The notes beneath the pieces were generated by a model. That model had not been told where the DNA came from. It was given only the letters and a program-made list of their open reading frames with translations, and searched no databases. The position numbers and the translations under genes were made by a program. DNA of 64,000 bases from Eledone cirrhosa. Lineage: Eukaryota. The stretch covers positions 255,874,001 through 255,938,000 of the forward strand of contig OZ024741.1 of NCBI GenBank assembly GCA_964016885.1, read 5' to 3'. Shown here piece by piece: positions 1 to 11,597 of the stretch (position 1 is its first letter; each line of letters begins with the position of its first letter).

Positions 1-582
1 TACGAATGTTTTGACTTACGGGTGTTTCGACTTACGAGTGTTTCGACTTATGAGAGTTTCGACTTACGAGTGTTTCGGCTTATGAGTGTTTCGACTTACG
101 AGTGCTTCGGCTTACGAGTGTTTCGACTTACGAGTATTTCGGCTTACGAGTGTTTCGACGTACGAATGTTTTGGCTTACGAGTGTTTCGGCTTATGAGTG
201 TTTCGGCTTACGAGTGTTTCGACTTACGAGTGTTTCGGCTTACGAGTGTTTCAGTGTTTCGGCTTACGTGTGTTTCGACTTACGAGTGTTTCGACTTACG
301 ACTGTTTCGGCTTACGAGTGTTTCGGCTTACGAGTGTTTCGGCTTACGAGTGTTTTGACTTACGATTGTTTGGCTTACGAGTGTTCTGACTTACGGGTGT
401 TCTGACTTACAAGTGTTCCGACTTACGAGTGTTTCGGCTTATGAGGGTTTCGACTTACGAGTGCTTCGGCTTACGAGTGTTTCGACTTACGAGTGTTTCG
501 GCTTACGAGTGTTTCGACTTACGAGTGTTTTGACTTACGGTGTTTCGGCTTACGAGTGTTTCGACATACGAGTGTTTTGACG

Positions 583-2781
583 TACGGGTGTTTCGACTTA
601 CGGGTCTTTCGACTTAAGAGTGTTTCGACTTACGAGCGCTTCGACTTACGAGTGTTTCGGCGTATGAGTGTTTTGACTTACGAGTGTTTCGACTTACGAG
701 TGTTTCGACTTACGAGTGTTTCGAATTACGAGTGTTTCGACTTACGAGTGTTTTGACTTACGGGTGTTTTGACATACGAGTGTTTCGACTTACGAGTCTT
801 TCGGCTTACGAGTGTTTCGACTTACTAATGTTTTTACTTACGAGTGTTTCGGCGTACGAGTGTTTCGACTTCCGAGTGTTTCGACTTACAGGTGTTTTGA
901 CTTACGGTTGTTTCGGCTTACGAGTGTTTTGACTTACGAGTGTTTTGACTTAAGGGTGTTTCGACTTACGAGTATTTTTGGCTTACGAGTGTTTCGACTT
1001 ACGAGTGTTTTGACTTACGAGTGTTCTGATTTACGGATGTTTCGACATACGAGTGTTTCGACTTACGAGTGTTTCGACTTATGAGTGTTTCGACTTACGA
1101 GTGTTTCGACTTACGAGTGTTTCGACTTACGAGTGTTTCGACTTACGAGTGTTTCGGCTTACGAGTGTTTTGACTTACGAATGTTTTGACTTACGATTGT
1201 TTCGGTTTACGAGTGTTTCGACTTACGAGTGTTCTGACTACGAGTGTTCTGACTTACGGGTGTTCTGTCTTACGAGTGTTCCGACTTACGAGTGTTTCGG
1301 CTTATGAGTGTTTCGACTTACGAGTGCTTCGACTTACGAGTGTTTCGGCTTAAGGGTGTTTCGACTTACGAATGTTTTTGCTTACGAGTGTTTCGGCTTA
1401 CGAGTGTTTCGGCTTATGAGTGTTTCGACTTACGAGTGTTTTGACTTACGGGTGTTTTGACATACGAGTGTTTCGATACGATTGTTCTGACTTACGAGTG
1501 TTTCCGCTTACGAGTGTTTCGGCTTACGAGTGTTTCGACTTACTAATGTTTTTACTTACGAGTGTTTCGGTGTACGAGTGTTTCGACTTAAGGATGTTTC
1601 GACTTACGAGTGTTTCGACTTACGGGTGTTTCGACTTACGGGTCTTTCGACTTAAGAGTGTTTCGACTTACGAGCGCTTCGACTTACGAGTGTTTCGGCG
1701 TATGAGTGTTTTGACTTACGAGTGTTTCGACTTACGAGTGTTTCGACTTACGAGTGTTTCGAATTACGAGTGTTTCGACTTACGAGTGTTTTGACTTACG
1801 GGTGTTTTGACATACGAGTGTTTCGACTTACGAGTCTTTCGGCTTACGAGTGTTTCGACTTAATAATGTTTTTAATTACAAGTGTTTCGGCGTACGAGTG
1901 TTTCGACTTCCGAGTGTTTCGACTTACAGGTGTTTTGACTTACGGTTGTTTCGGCTTACGAGTGTTTTGACTTACGAGTGTTTTGACTTAAGGGTGTTTC
2001 GACTTACGAGTATTTTTGGCTTACGAGTGTTTCGACTTACGAGTGTTTTGACTTACGAGTGTTCTGATTTACGGATGTTTCGACATACGAGTGTTTCGAC
2101 TTACGAGTGTTTCGACTTATGAGTGTTTCGACTTACGAGTGTTTCGACTTACGAGTGTTTCGACTTACGAGTGTTTCGACTTACGAGTGTTTCGGCTTAC
2201 GAGTGTTTTGACTTACGAATGTTTTGACTTACGATTGTTTCGGTTTACGAGTGTTTCGACATACGAGTGTTCTGATTACGAGTGTTCTGACTTACGGGTG
2301 TTCTGTCTTACGAGTGTTCCGACTTACGAGTGTTTCGGCTTATGAGTGTTTCGACTTACGAGTGCTTCGACTTACGAGTGTTTCGGCTTAAGGGTGTTTC
2401 GACTTACGAATGTTTTTGCTTACGAGTGTTTCGGCTTACGAGTGTTTCGGCTTATGAGTGTTTCGACTTACGAGTGTTTTGACTTACGGGTGTTTTGACA
2501 TACGAGTGTTTCGATACGATTGTTCTGACTTACGAGTGTTTCCGCTTACGAGTGTTTCGGCTTACGAGTGTTTCGACTTACTAATGTTTTTACTTACGAG
2601 TGTTTCGGTGTACGAGTGTTTCGACTTAAGGATGTTTCGACTTACGAGTGTTTCGACTTACGGGTGTTTCGACTTACGGGTCTTTCGACTTAAGAGTGTT
2701 TCGACTTACGAGCGCTTCGACTTACGAGTGTTTCGGCGTATGAGTGTTTTGACTTACGAGTGTTTCGACTTACGAGTGTTT
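583..2781 (+). repeat. 1038-bp higher-order repeat (65 monomers), about 2.1 copies
   Basis: The marker CGGGTCTTTC occurs at 601, 1639 and 2677. ORF pairs 684/1722, 812/1850, 1053/2091 and 1420/2458 are all offset by 1038. Confidence 0.92.
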
Positions 2782-5700
2782 TGACTTACGAGTGTTCTGA
2801 TTTACGGATGTTTCGACATACGAGTGTTTCGACTTACGAGTGTTTCGACTTATGAGTGTTTCGACTTACGAGTGTTTCGGCTAACGAGTGTTTCGAATTA
2901 CGAGTGTATTGACTTACGGTGTTTCGGCTTACGAGTGTTTCGACTTACGAGTGTTTTGACTTACGGGTGTTTTGACATACGAGTGTTTCGATACGAGTGT
3001 TCTGACTTACGAGTGTTTTGACTTACGGGTGTTTCGACTTACGAGTATTTTTGGCTTACGAGTGTTTCGACTTACGAGTGTTTTGACTTACGAGTGTTCT
3101 GCTTTACGGATGTTTCGACATACGAGTGTTTCGACTTACGAGTGTTTCGACTTATGAGTGTTTCGACTTACGAGTGTTTCGACTTACGAGTGTTTCGGCT
3201 TGTGATTGTTTCGACTTACGAGTGTTTTGACTTACGGTGTTTCAGCTTACGAGTGTTTCGACTTACGAGTGTTTTGACTTCCGAATGTTTTGACTTACGG
3301 GTGTTTCGGCTTACGAGTGTTTCGACTTACGAGTGTTTCGGCTTGCGAGTGTTTCGACTTACTAATGTTTTTACTTACGAGTGTTTCGGCGTACGAGTGT
3401 TTCGACTTACGAGTGTTTCGGATTACGAGTGTTTTGACTTCAGGGTGTTTCGACTTACGAGTGTTTCGATACGAGTGTTTCGACTTACGAGTGTTCTGAC
3501 TTACGAGCATTCTGATTTACGGATGTTTCGACACACGAGTGTTTCGAATTACGAGTGTTTCGACTTACGAGTGTTTTGACTTACGGGTGTTTTGACATAC
3601 GAGTGTTTCGATACGAGTGTTTCGACTTATGAGTGTTTCGACTTACGAATGTTCTGACTTACGAGTGTTCTGACTTACGAGTGTTCTGATTTACGGATGT
3701 TTCGACACACGAGTGTTTCGATACTAGTGTTTCGACTTACGAGTGTTTCGACTTATGAGTGTTTCGACTTACGAGTGTTCTGACTTACGAGTGTTCTGAC
3801 TTACGAGTGCTTCGACTTACGAGTGTTTCGGTTTACGAGTGTTTCGACATACGAGTGTTTTTACTTACGAGTGTTTCGGTGTACGAATGTTTTGACTTAA
3901 GGATGTTTCGACTTACGAGTGTTTCGACTTACGAGTGTTTCGGCTTACGTGAGTTTCGACTTAAGAATGTTCTGATTTACGAGTGTTCTGACTTACGAGT
4001 GTTTCGGCTTATGAGTGTTTCGACTTACGAGTGTTTCGGCTTACGAGTGTTTCGACTTATGGGTGTTTCGACTTACGAGTGTTTTTACTTACGGTGTTTC
4101 GGCTTACGAGTGTTTCGACATACGAGTGTTTTGACTTACGGGTGTTTCGGCTTACGAGTGTTTCGACTTACGAGTGTTTCGGCTTACGAGTGTTTCGACT
4201 TACTAATGTTTTTACTTACGAGTGTTTCGGCGTACGAGAGTTTTGACTTACGAGTGTTTCGACTTACGAGTGTTTTGACTTACGAATGTTTTGACTTACG
4301 GGTGTTTCGGCTTATGAGTGTTTCGACTTACGAGTCTTTCGGCTTACGAGTGTTTCGACTTACTAATGTTTTTACTTACGAGTGTTTCGGCGTACGAGTG
4401 TTTCGACTTACGTGTGTTTCGACTTACGGGTGTTTTGACTTACGGGTGTTTCGGCTTACGAGTGTTTCGACTTACGAGTGTTTTGACTTACGGGTGTTTC
4501 GACTTACGAGTATTTTTGGCTTACGAGTGTTTCGACTTACGAGTGTTTTGACTTACGAGTGTTCTGATTTACGGATGTTTCGACATACGAGTGTTTCGAC
4601 TTACGAGTGTTTCGACTTATGAGTGTTTCGACTTACGAGTGTTTCGGCTAACGAGTGTTTCGAATTACGAGTGTATTGACTTACGGTGTTTCGGCTTACG
4701 AGTGTTTCGAATTACGAGTGTTTTGACTTACGGGTGTTTTGACATACGAGTGTTTCGATACGAGTGTTCTGACTTACGAGTGTTCTGACTTACGAGTGTT
4801 TTGACTTACGAGTGTTCTGACTTACGAGTGTTCCGACTTACGAGTGTTCCGACTTACGAGTGTTTCGGCTTACGAATGTTTCCGGCTTACGAGTGTTTCG
4901 ACTTCCGAGTGTTTTGACTTACGGTGTTTCGGCTTACGAGTGATTCGACTTACGAGTGTTTTGACTTACGGGTGATTTGACTTACGGGTGTTGTGAATTA
5001 CGAGTGTTCCGATTTACGAGTGTTTTGACTTACGGTGTTTCGGCTTACGAGTGATTCGACTTACGAATGTTTTGACTTACGGGTGTTTCGGCTTGCGAGT
5101 GTTTCGACTTACGAGTGTTTCGGCTTATGGGTGTTTCGACTTACTAATGTTTTTACTTACGAGTGTTTCGGCGTACGAGTGTTTTGACTTACGAGTGTTT
5201 CGACTTACGAGTGTTTCGACTTACGAGTGTTTCGGCTTACGTGAGTTTCGACTTAAGAGTGTTCTGATTTACGAGTGTTCTGACTTGCGGGTGTTCTGAT
5301 TTACGAGTGTTCCGACTTACGAGTGTTTCGGCTTATTAGTGTTTCGACTTACGAGTGTTTCGGCTTACAAGTGTTTCGACTTATGGGTGTTTCGACTTAC
5401 GAGTGTTTTTACTTACGGTGTTTCGGCTTACGAGTGTTTCGACATACGAGTGTTTTGACTTACGGGTGTTTCGACTTACGAGTGTTTTGACTTACGAATG
5501 TTTTGACTTACGGGTGTTTCGGCTTACGAGTGTTTCGACTTACGAGTGTTTCGGCTTACGAGTGTTTCGACTTACTAATGTTCTTACGAGTGTTTCGGCG
5601 TACGAGAGTTTTGACTTACGAGTGTTTCGACTTACGAGTGTTTCGACTTACGAGTGTTTTGACTTACGAATGTTTTGACTTACGGGTGTTTCGGCTTACG

Positions 5701-8700
5701 AGTGTTTCGACTTACGAGTCTTTCGGCTTACGAGTGTTTCGACTTACTAATGTTTTTACTTACGAGTGTTTCGGCGTACGAGTGTTTCGACTTACGAGTG
5801 TTTCGACTTACGGGTGTTTTGACTTACGGGTGTTTCGGCTTACGAGTGTTTTGACTTACGAGTGTTTTGACTTAAGGGTGTTTCGACTTACGAGTATTTT
5901 TGGCTTACGAGTGTTTCGACTTACGAGTGTTTTGACTTACGAGTGTTCTGATTTACGGATGTTTCGACATACGAGTGTTTCGACTTACGAGTGTTTCGAC
6001 TTATGAGTGTTTCGACTTACGAGTGTTTCGGCTTATGAGTGTTTCGACTTACGAGTGCTTCGGCTTACGAGTGTTTCGACTTACGAGTATTTCGGCTTAC
6101 GAGTGTTTCGACGTACGAATGTTTTGGCTTACGAGTGTTTCGGCTTATGAGTTTTTCGGCTTACGAGTGTTTCGACTTACGAGTGTTTCGGCTTACGAGT
6201 GTTTCAGTGATTCGGCTTACGTGTGTTTCGACTTACGAGTGTTTCGACTTACGACTGTTTCGGCTTACGAGTGTTTCGGCTTACGAGTGTTTCGACTTAC
6301 GAGTGTTTTGACTTACGAATGTTTTGACTTACAGGTGTTTCGGCTTACGAGTGTTTCGACTTACGAGACTTTCGGCTTACGAGTGTTTCGACTTACTAAT
6401 GTTTTTACTTACGAGTGTTTCGGCGTACGAGTGTTTCGACTTACGAGTGTTTCGACTTACGGGTGTTTTGACTTACGGGTGTTTCGGCTTACGAGTGTTT
6501 TGACTTACGAGTGTTTTGACTTAAGGGTGTTTCGACTTACGAGTATTTTTGGCTTACGAGTGTTTCGACTTACGAGTATTTTGAGTTACGAGTGTTCTGA
6601 TTTACGGATGTTTCGACATACGAGTGTTTCGACTTACGAGTGTTTCGACTTACTAATGTTATTACTTACGAGTGTTTCGGCGTACGAGAGTTTTGGCTTA
6701 CGAGTGTTTCGACTTACGAGTGTTTCGACTTACGAGTGTTTTGACTTACGAATGTTTTGACTTACGGGTGTTTCGGCTTACGAGTGTTTCGACTTACGAG
6801 TGTTTTGACTTACGAGTGTTCTGATTTACGGATGTTTCGACATACGAGTGTTTCGACTTACGAGTGTTTCGACTTATGAGTGTTTCGACTTACGAGTGTT
6901 TCGGCTTATGAGTGTTTCGACTTACGAGTGCTTCGGCTTACGAGTGTTTCGACTTACGAGTATTTCGGCTTACGAGTGTTTCGACGTACGAATGTTTTGG
7001 CTTACGAGTGTTTCGGCTTATGAGTGTTTCGGCTTACGAGTGTTTCGACTTACGAGTGTTTCGGCTTACGAGTGTTTCAGTGTTTCGGCTTACGTGTGTT
7101 TCGACTTACGACTGTTTCGGCTTACGAGTGTTTCGGCTTACGAGTGTTTCGGCTTACGAGTGTTTTGACTTACGAGTGTTTTGACTTACGATTGTTTGGC
7201 TTACGAGTGTTCTGACTTACGGGTGTTCTGACTTACGAATGTTCCGACTTACGAGTGTTTCGGCTTATGAGGGTTTCGACTTACGAGTGCTTCGGCTTAC
7301 GAGTGTTTCGACTTACGAGTGTTTCGGCTTACGAGTGTTTCGACTTACGAGTGTTTCGACTTACGAGTGTTTTGACTTACGGTGTTTCGGCTTACGAGTG
7401 TTTCGACATACGAGTGTTTTGACGTACGGGTGTTTCGACTTACGGGTCTTTCGACTTAAGAGTGTTTCGACTTACGAGCGCTTCGACTTACGAGTGTTTC
7501 GACTTACGAGTGTTTCGGCGTATGATTGTTTTGACTTACGAGTGTTTCGACTTACGAGTGTTTCGACTTACGAGTGTTTCGAATTACGAGTGTTTCGACT
7601 TACGAGTGTTTTGACTTACGAGTGTTTTGACTTCGGTGTTTCTGCTTACGAGTGTTTCGACTTACGAGTGTTATGACTTACGGGTGTTTTCACATACGAG
7701 TGTTTCGACTTACGAGTGTTTTGACTTACGGGTGTTTTGACATACGAGTGTTTCGATACGAGTGTGCTGACTTACGAGTGTTCTGACTTACGAGTGTTCT
7801 GACTTACGAGTGTTTCGACATACGAGTGTTTTGACTTACGGGTGTTTCGACTTACGAGTGTTTTCACTTACGAATGTTTTGACTTACGGGTGTTTCGGCT
7901 TTCGAGTGTTTCGACTTACGAGTGTTTTGGCTTACGAGTGTTTCGACTTACTAATATTTTTACTTACGAGTGTTTCGGCGTACGAGAGTTTTGACTTACG
8001 AGTGTTTCGACTTACGAGTGTTTCGACTTACGAGTATTTTGACTTACGAATGTTTTGACTTACGGGTATTTCGGCTTACGAGTGTTTCGACTTACGAGTC
8101 TTTCGGCTTACGAGTGTTTCGACTTACTAATGTTTTTACTTACGAGTGTTTCGGCGTACGAGTGTTTCGACTTCCGAGTGTTTCGACTTACGGGTGTTTT
8201 GACTTACGGGTGTATCGGCTTACGAGTGTTTTGACTTACGAGTGTTTTGACTTAAGGGTGTTTCGACTTACGAGTATTTTTGGCTTACGAGTGTTTCGAC
8301 TTACGAGTGTTTTGACTTACGAGTGTTCTGATTTACGGATGTTTCGACATACGAGTGTTTCGACTTACGAGTGTTTCGACTTATGAGTGTTTCGACTTAC
8401 GAGTGTTTCGACTTACGAGTGTTTCGGCTTGTGATTGTTTCGACTTACGAGTGTTTTGACTTACGGTGTTTCAGCTTACGAGTGTTTCGACTTACGAGTG
8501 TTTTGACTTACGGGTGTTTTGACATACGAGTGTTTCGATACGAGTGTTCTGACTTACGAGTGTTCTGACTTACGAGTGTTTTGACTTACGAGTGTTCTGA
8601 CTTACGAGTGTTCCAACTTACGAGTGTTCCGACTTACGAGTGTTTCGGCTTACGAGTGTTTTGACTTAAGGGTGTTTCGACTTACGATTTTTTCGATACG

Positions 8701-9340
8701 AGTGTTTCGACTTACGAGTGTTTCGGCTCACGAGTGTTTCGACTTACGAGTGTTTCGACTTACGAGTGTTCCGACTTACGGGTGTTTCGACTTACGAGTG
8801 TTTTGGCTTACGGTGTTTCGACTTACGAGTGTTTCGAGTTAGGAGTGTTTTGACTTACGAGTGTTCTGATTTAAGAGTGTTCTGACTTACGAGTGTTCTG
8901 ACTTACGAGTGTTCTGACTTACGAGTGTTCTGACTTACGAGTGTTCCGACTTACGAGTGTTTCGGCTTATGAGTGTTTCGACTTACGAGTGCTTCGACTT
9001 ACGAGTGTTTCGGCTTACGGGTGTTTCGACTTATGAATGTTTTTGCTTACGAGTGTTTCGGCTTACGAGTGTTTCGGCTTATGAGTGTTTCGACTTACGA
9101 GTGTTTTGACTTACGGGTGTTTCGACTTACGAGTGTTTTGGCTTACGGTGTTTCGACTTACGAGTGTTTCGAGTTAAGAGTGTTTTGACTTACGAGTGTT
9201 CTGATTTACGAGTGTTCTGACTTACGAGTGTTCTGACTTACGAGTGTTCTGACTTACGAGTGTTCTGACTTACGAGTGTTCCGACTTTACGAGTGTTTCG
9301 GCTCACGAGTGTTTCGGCTTACGAGTGTTTCGACTTACGA

Positions 9341-9409
9341 AAATAACAAATAGACGCGGTTTCAAATCTCTATGCTTTTCAAATTCATTACATTAATCTT
9401 TATTTATAC
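9341..9409. repeat. 69-bp AT-rich interspersed non-monomer segment, copy 1 (AAATAACAAATAGACGCGGTTTCAAATCTCTATGCTTTTCAAATTCATTACATTAATCTTTATTTATAC)
   Basis: Breaks the 16-bp periodicity after ...CGACTTACGA, which resumes at GTTTCGCTTTACGAG. G+C is 17/69, versus 7/16 in the monomer. Confidence 0.97.
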
Positions 9410-10172
9410 GTTTCGCTTTACGAGTGTTTAGACTTACGAGTGTTTCGACATACGAGTGTTTCGACTTACGAATGTTTTTGCTTACGGGTGTTTCGACTTA
9501 CGAATGTTTTTGCTTACGAGTGTTTCGGTTTACGAGTGTTCCGACTTACGAGTGTTCCGACTTACGAGTGTTTCGGCTTACGAGTGTTTCCGGCTTACGA
9601 GTGTTTCAACTTACGAGTATTCTGACTTACGAGTGTTCTGATTTACGGATGTTTCGACACACGAGTGTTTCGAATTACGAGTGTTTCGACTTACGAGTGT
9701 TTTGACTTACGGGTGTTTTGACATACGAGTGTTTCGATACGAGTGTTTCGACTTACGAGTGTTCTGACTTACGAGTGTTCTGACTTACGAGTGTTCTGAC
9801 TTACGAGTGTTCTTACTTACGAGTGTTCCGACTTACGAGTGTTCCGACTTACGAGTGTTTCGGCTTACGAGTGTTTCGGCTTACGAGTGTTTCGACTTAC
9901 GAATGTTTCGACTTACGAGTGTTCCGACTTACGGGTGTTTCGACTTACGAGTGTTTTGGCTTACGGTGTTTCGGCTTACGAGTGTTTCGAGTTACGAGTG
10001 TTTTGAATTACACGTGTTTTGACATACGAGTGTTTCGATACGAGTGTTCTGACTTACGAGTGTTCTGACTTACGAGTGTTCTGACTTACGAGTGTTCCGA
10101 CTTACGAGTGTTCCGACTTTACGAGTGTTTCGGCTCACTAGTGTTTCGGCTTACGAATGTTTCGACTTACGA

Positions 10173-10241
10173 AAATAACAAATAGACGCGGTTTCAAATC
10201 TCTATGCTTTTCAAATTCATTACATTAATCTTTATTTATAC
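10173..10241. repeat. 69-bp AT-rich segment, copy 2
   Basis: Same sequence as 9341-9409, with the internal ATG at 10204. Confidence 0.97.
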
Positions 10242-11597
10242 GTTTCGCTTTACAAGTGTTTCGACTTACGAGTGTTTCGACATACGAGTGTTTCGGCTTA
10301 CGAGTGTTTTGATTTACGAGTGTTTTGACTTACGGGTGCTTCGACTTACGCGTGTTTCGACTTACGAGTGTTTCGACTTACGAGTGTTTCGACTTACGAG
10401 TGTTTCGGCTTACGAGTGTTTTGACTTACGAATGTTTTGACTTACGATTGTTTCGGCTTACGAGTGTTTCGACTTACGAGTGTTCTGACTACGAGTGTTC
10501 TGACTTACGGGTGTTCTGACTTACGAGTGTTCCGACTTACGAGTGTTTCGGCTTATGAGTGTTTCGACTTACGAGTGCTTCGACTTACGAGTGTTTCGGC
10601 TTACGGGTGTTTCGACTTATGAATGTTTTTGCTTACGAGTGTTTCGGCTTACGAGTGTTTCGGCTTATGAGTGTTTCGACTTACGAGTGTTTTGACTTAC
10701 GGGTGTTTTGACATACGAGTGTTTCGATACGATTGTTCTGACTTACGAGTGTTTCCGCTTACGAGTGTTTCGGCTTACGAGTGTTTCGACTTACTAATGT
10801 TTTTACTTACGAGTGTTTCGGTGTACGAGTGTTTCGACTTAAGGATGTTTCGACTTACGAGTGTTTCGACTTACGAGTGTTTCGACTTACGAGTGTTTTG
10901 GCTTACGAATGTTTTGACTTACGGGTGTTTCGACTTACGAGTGTTTCGGCTTATGAGTGTTTCGACTTACGGGCGTTTCGAAGTACGGGTGTTTCGACTT
11001 ACGAGTGTTTTGGCTTACGAATGTTTTGACTTACGGGTGTTTCGACTTACGAGTGTTTCGACTTATGAGAGTTTCGACTTACGAGTGTTTCGGCTTATGA
11101 GTGTTTCGACTTACGAGTGCTTCGGCTTACGAGTGTTTCGACTTACGAGTATTTCGGCATACGAGTGTTTCGACGTACGAATGTTTTGGCTTACGAGTGT
11201 TTCGGCTTATGAGTGTTTCGGCTTACGAGTGTTTCGACTTACGAGTGTTTCGGCTTACGAGTGTTTCAGTGTTTCGGCTTACGTGTGTTTCGACTTACGA
11301 GTGTTTCGACTTACGACTGTTTCGGCTTACGAGTGTTTCGGCTTACGAGTGTTTCGGCTTACGAGTGTTTTGACTTACGATTGTTTGGCTTACGAGTGTT
11401 CTGACTTACGGGTGTTCTGACTTACAAGTGTTCCGACTTACGAGTGTTTCGGCTTATGAGGGTTTCGACTTACGAGTGCTTCGGCTTACGAGTGTTTCGA
11501 CTTACGAGTGTTTCGGCTTACGAGTGTTTCGACTTACGAGTGTTTTGACTTACGGTGTTTCGGCTTACGAGTGTTTCGACATACGAGTGTTTTGACG

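Noticed and set aside
25-40. Canonical CENP-B box (NTTCGNNNNANNCGGGN)
   Set aside because: The monomer gives TTCG-ACTT-A-CG(A/G)G, so the second CG is 2 nt too close and the motif does not match.
3295-3510. Lone minus-strand ORF (71 aa)
   Set aside because: It is a chance run in which variants and indels removed in-frame TAA codons of the reverse-complement monomer.
9341-9409. 69-bp segment as an active MITE/SINE, tRNA or snoRNA
   Set aside because: It has no convincing TIRs, TSD, poly(A) tail, A/B boxes, cloverleaf or C/D boxes. Identical flanks in all copies point to passive co-amplification.
10204-10440. MLFKFITLIFIYTF... ORFs as secreted or membrane peptides
   Set aside because: The hydrophobic start comes from AT-rich codons. 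Length and C-terminus vary among copies, and copy 1 yields no ORF long enough to appear in the track.
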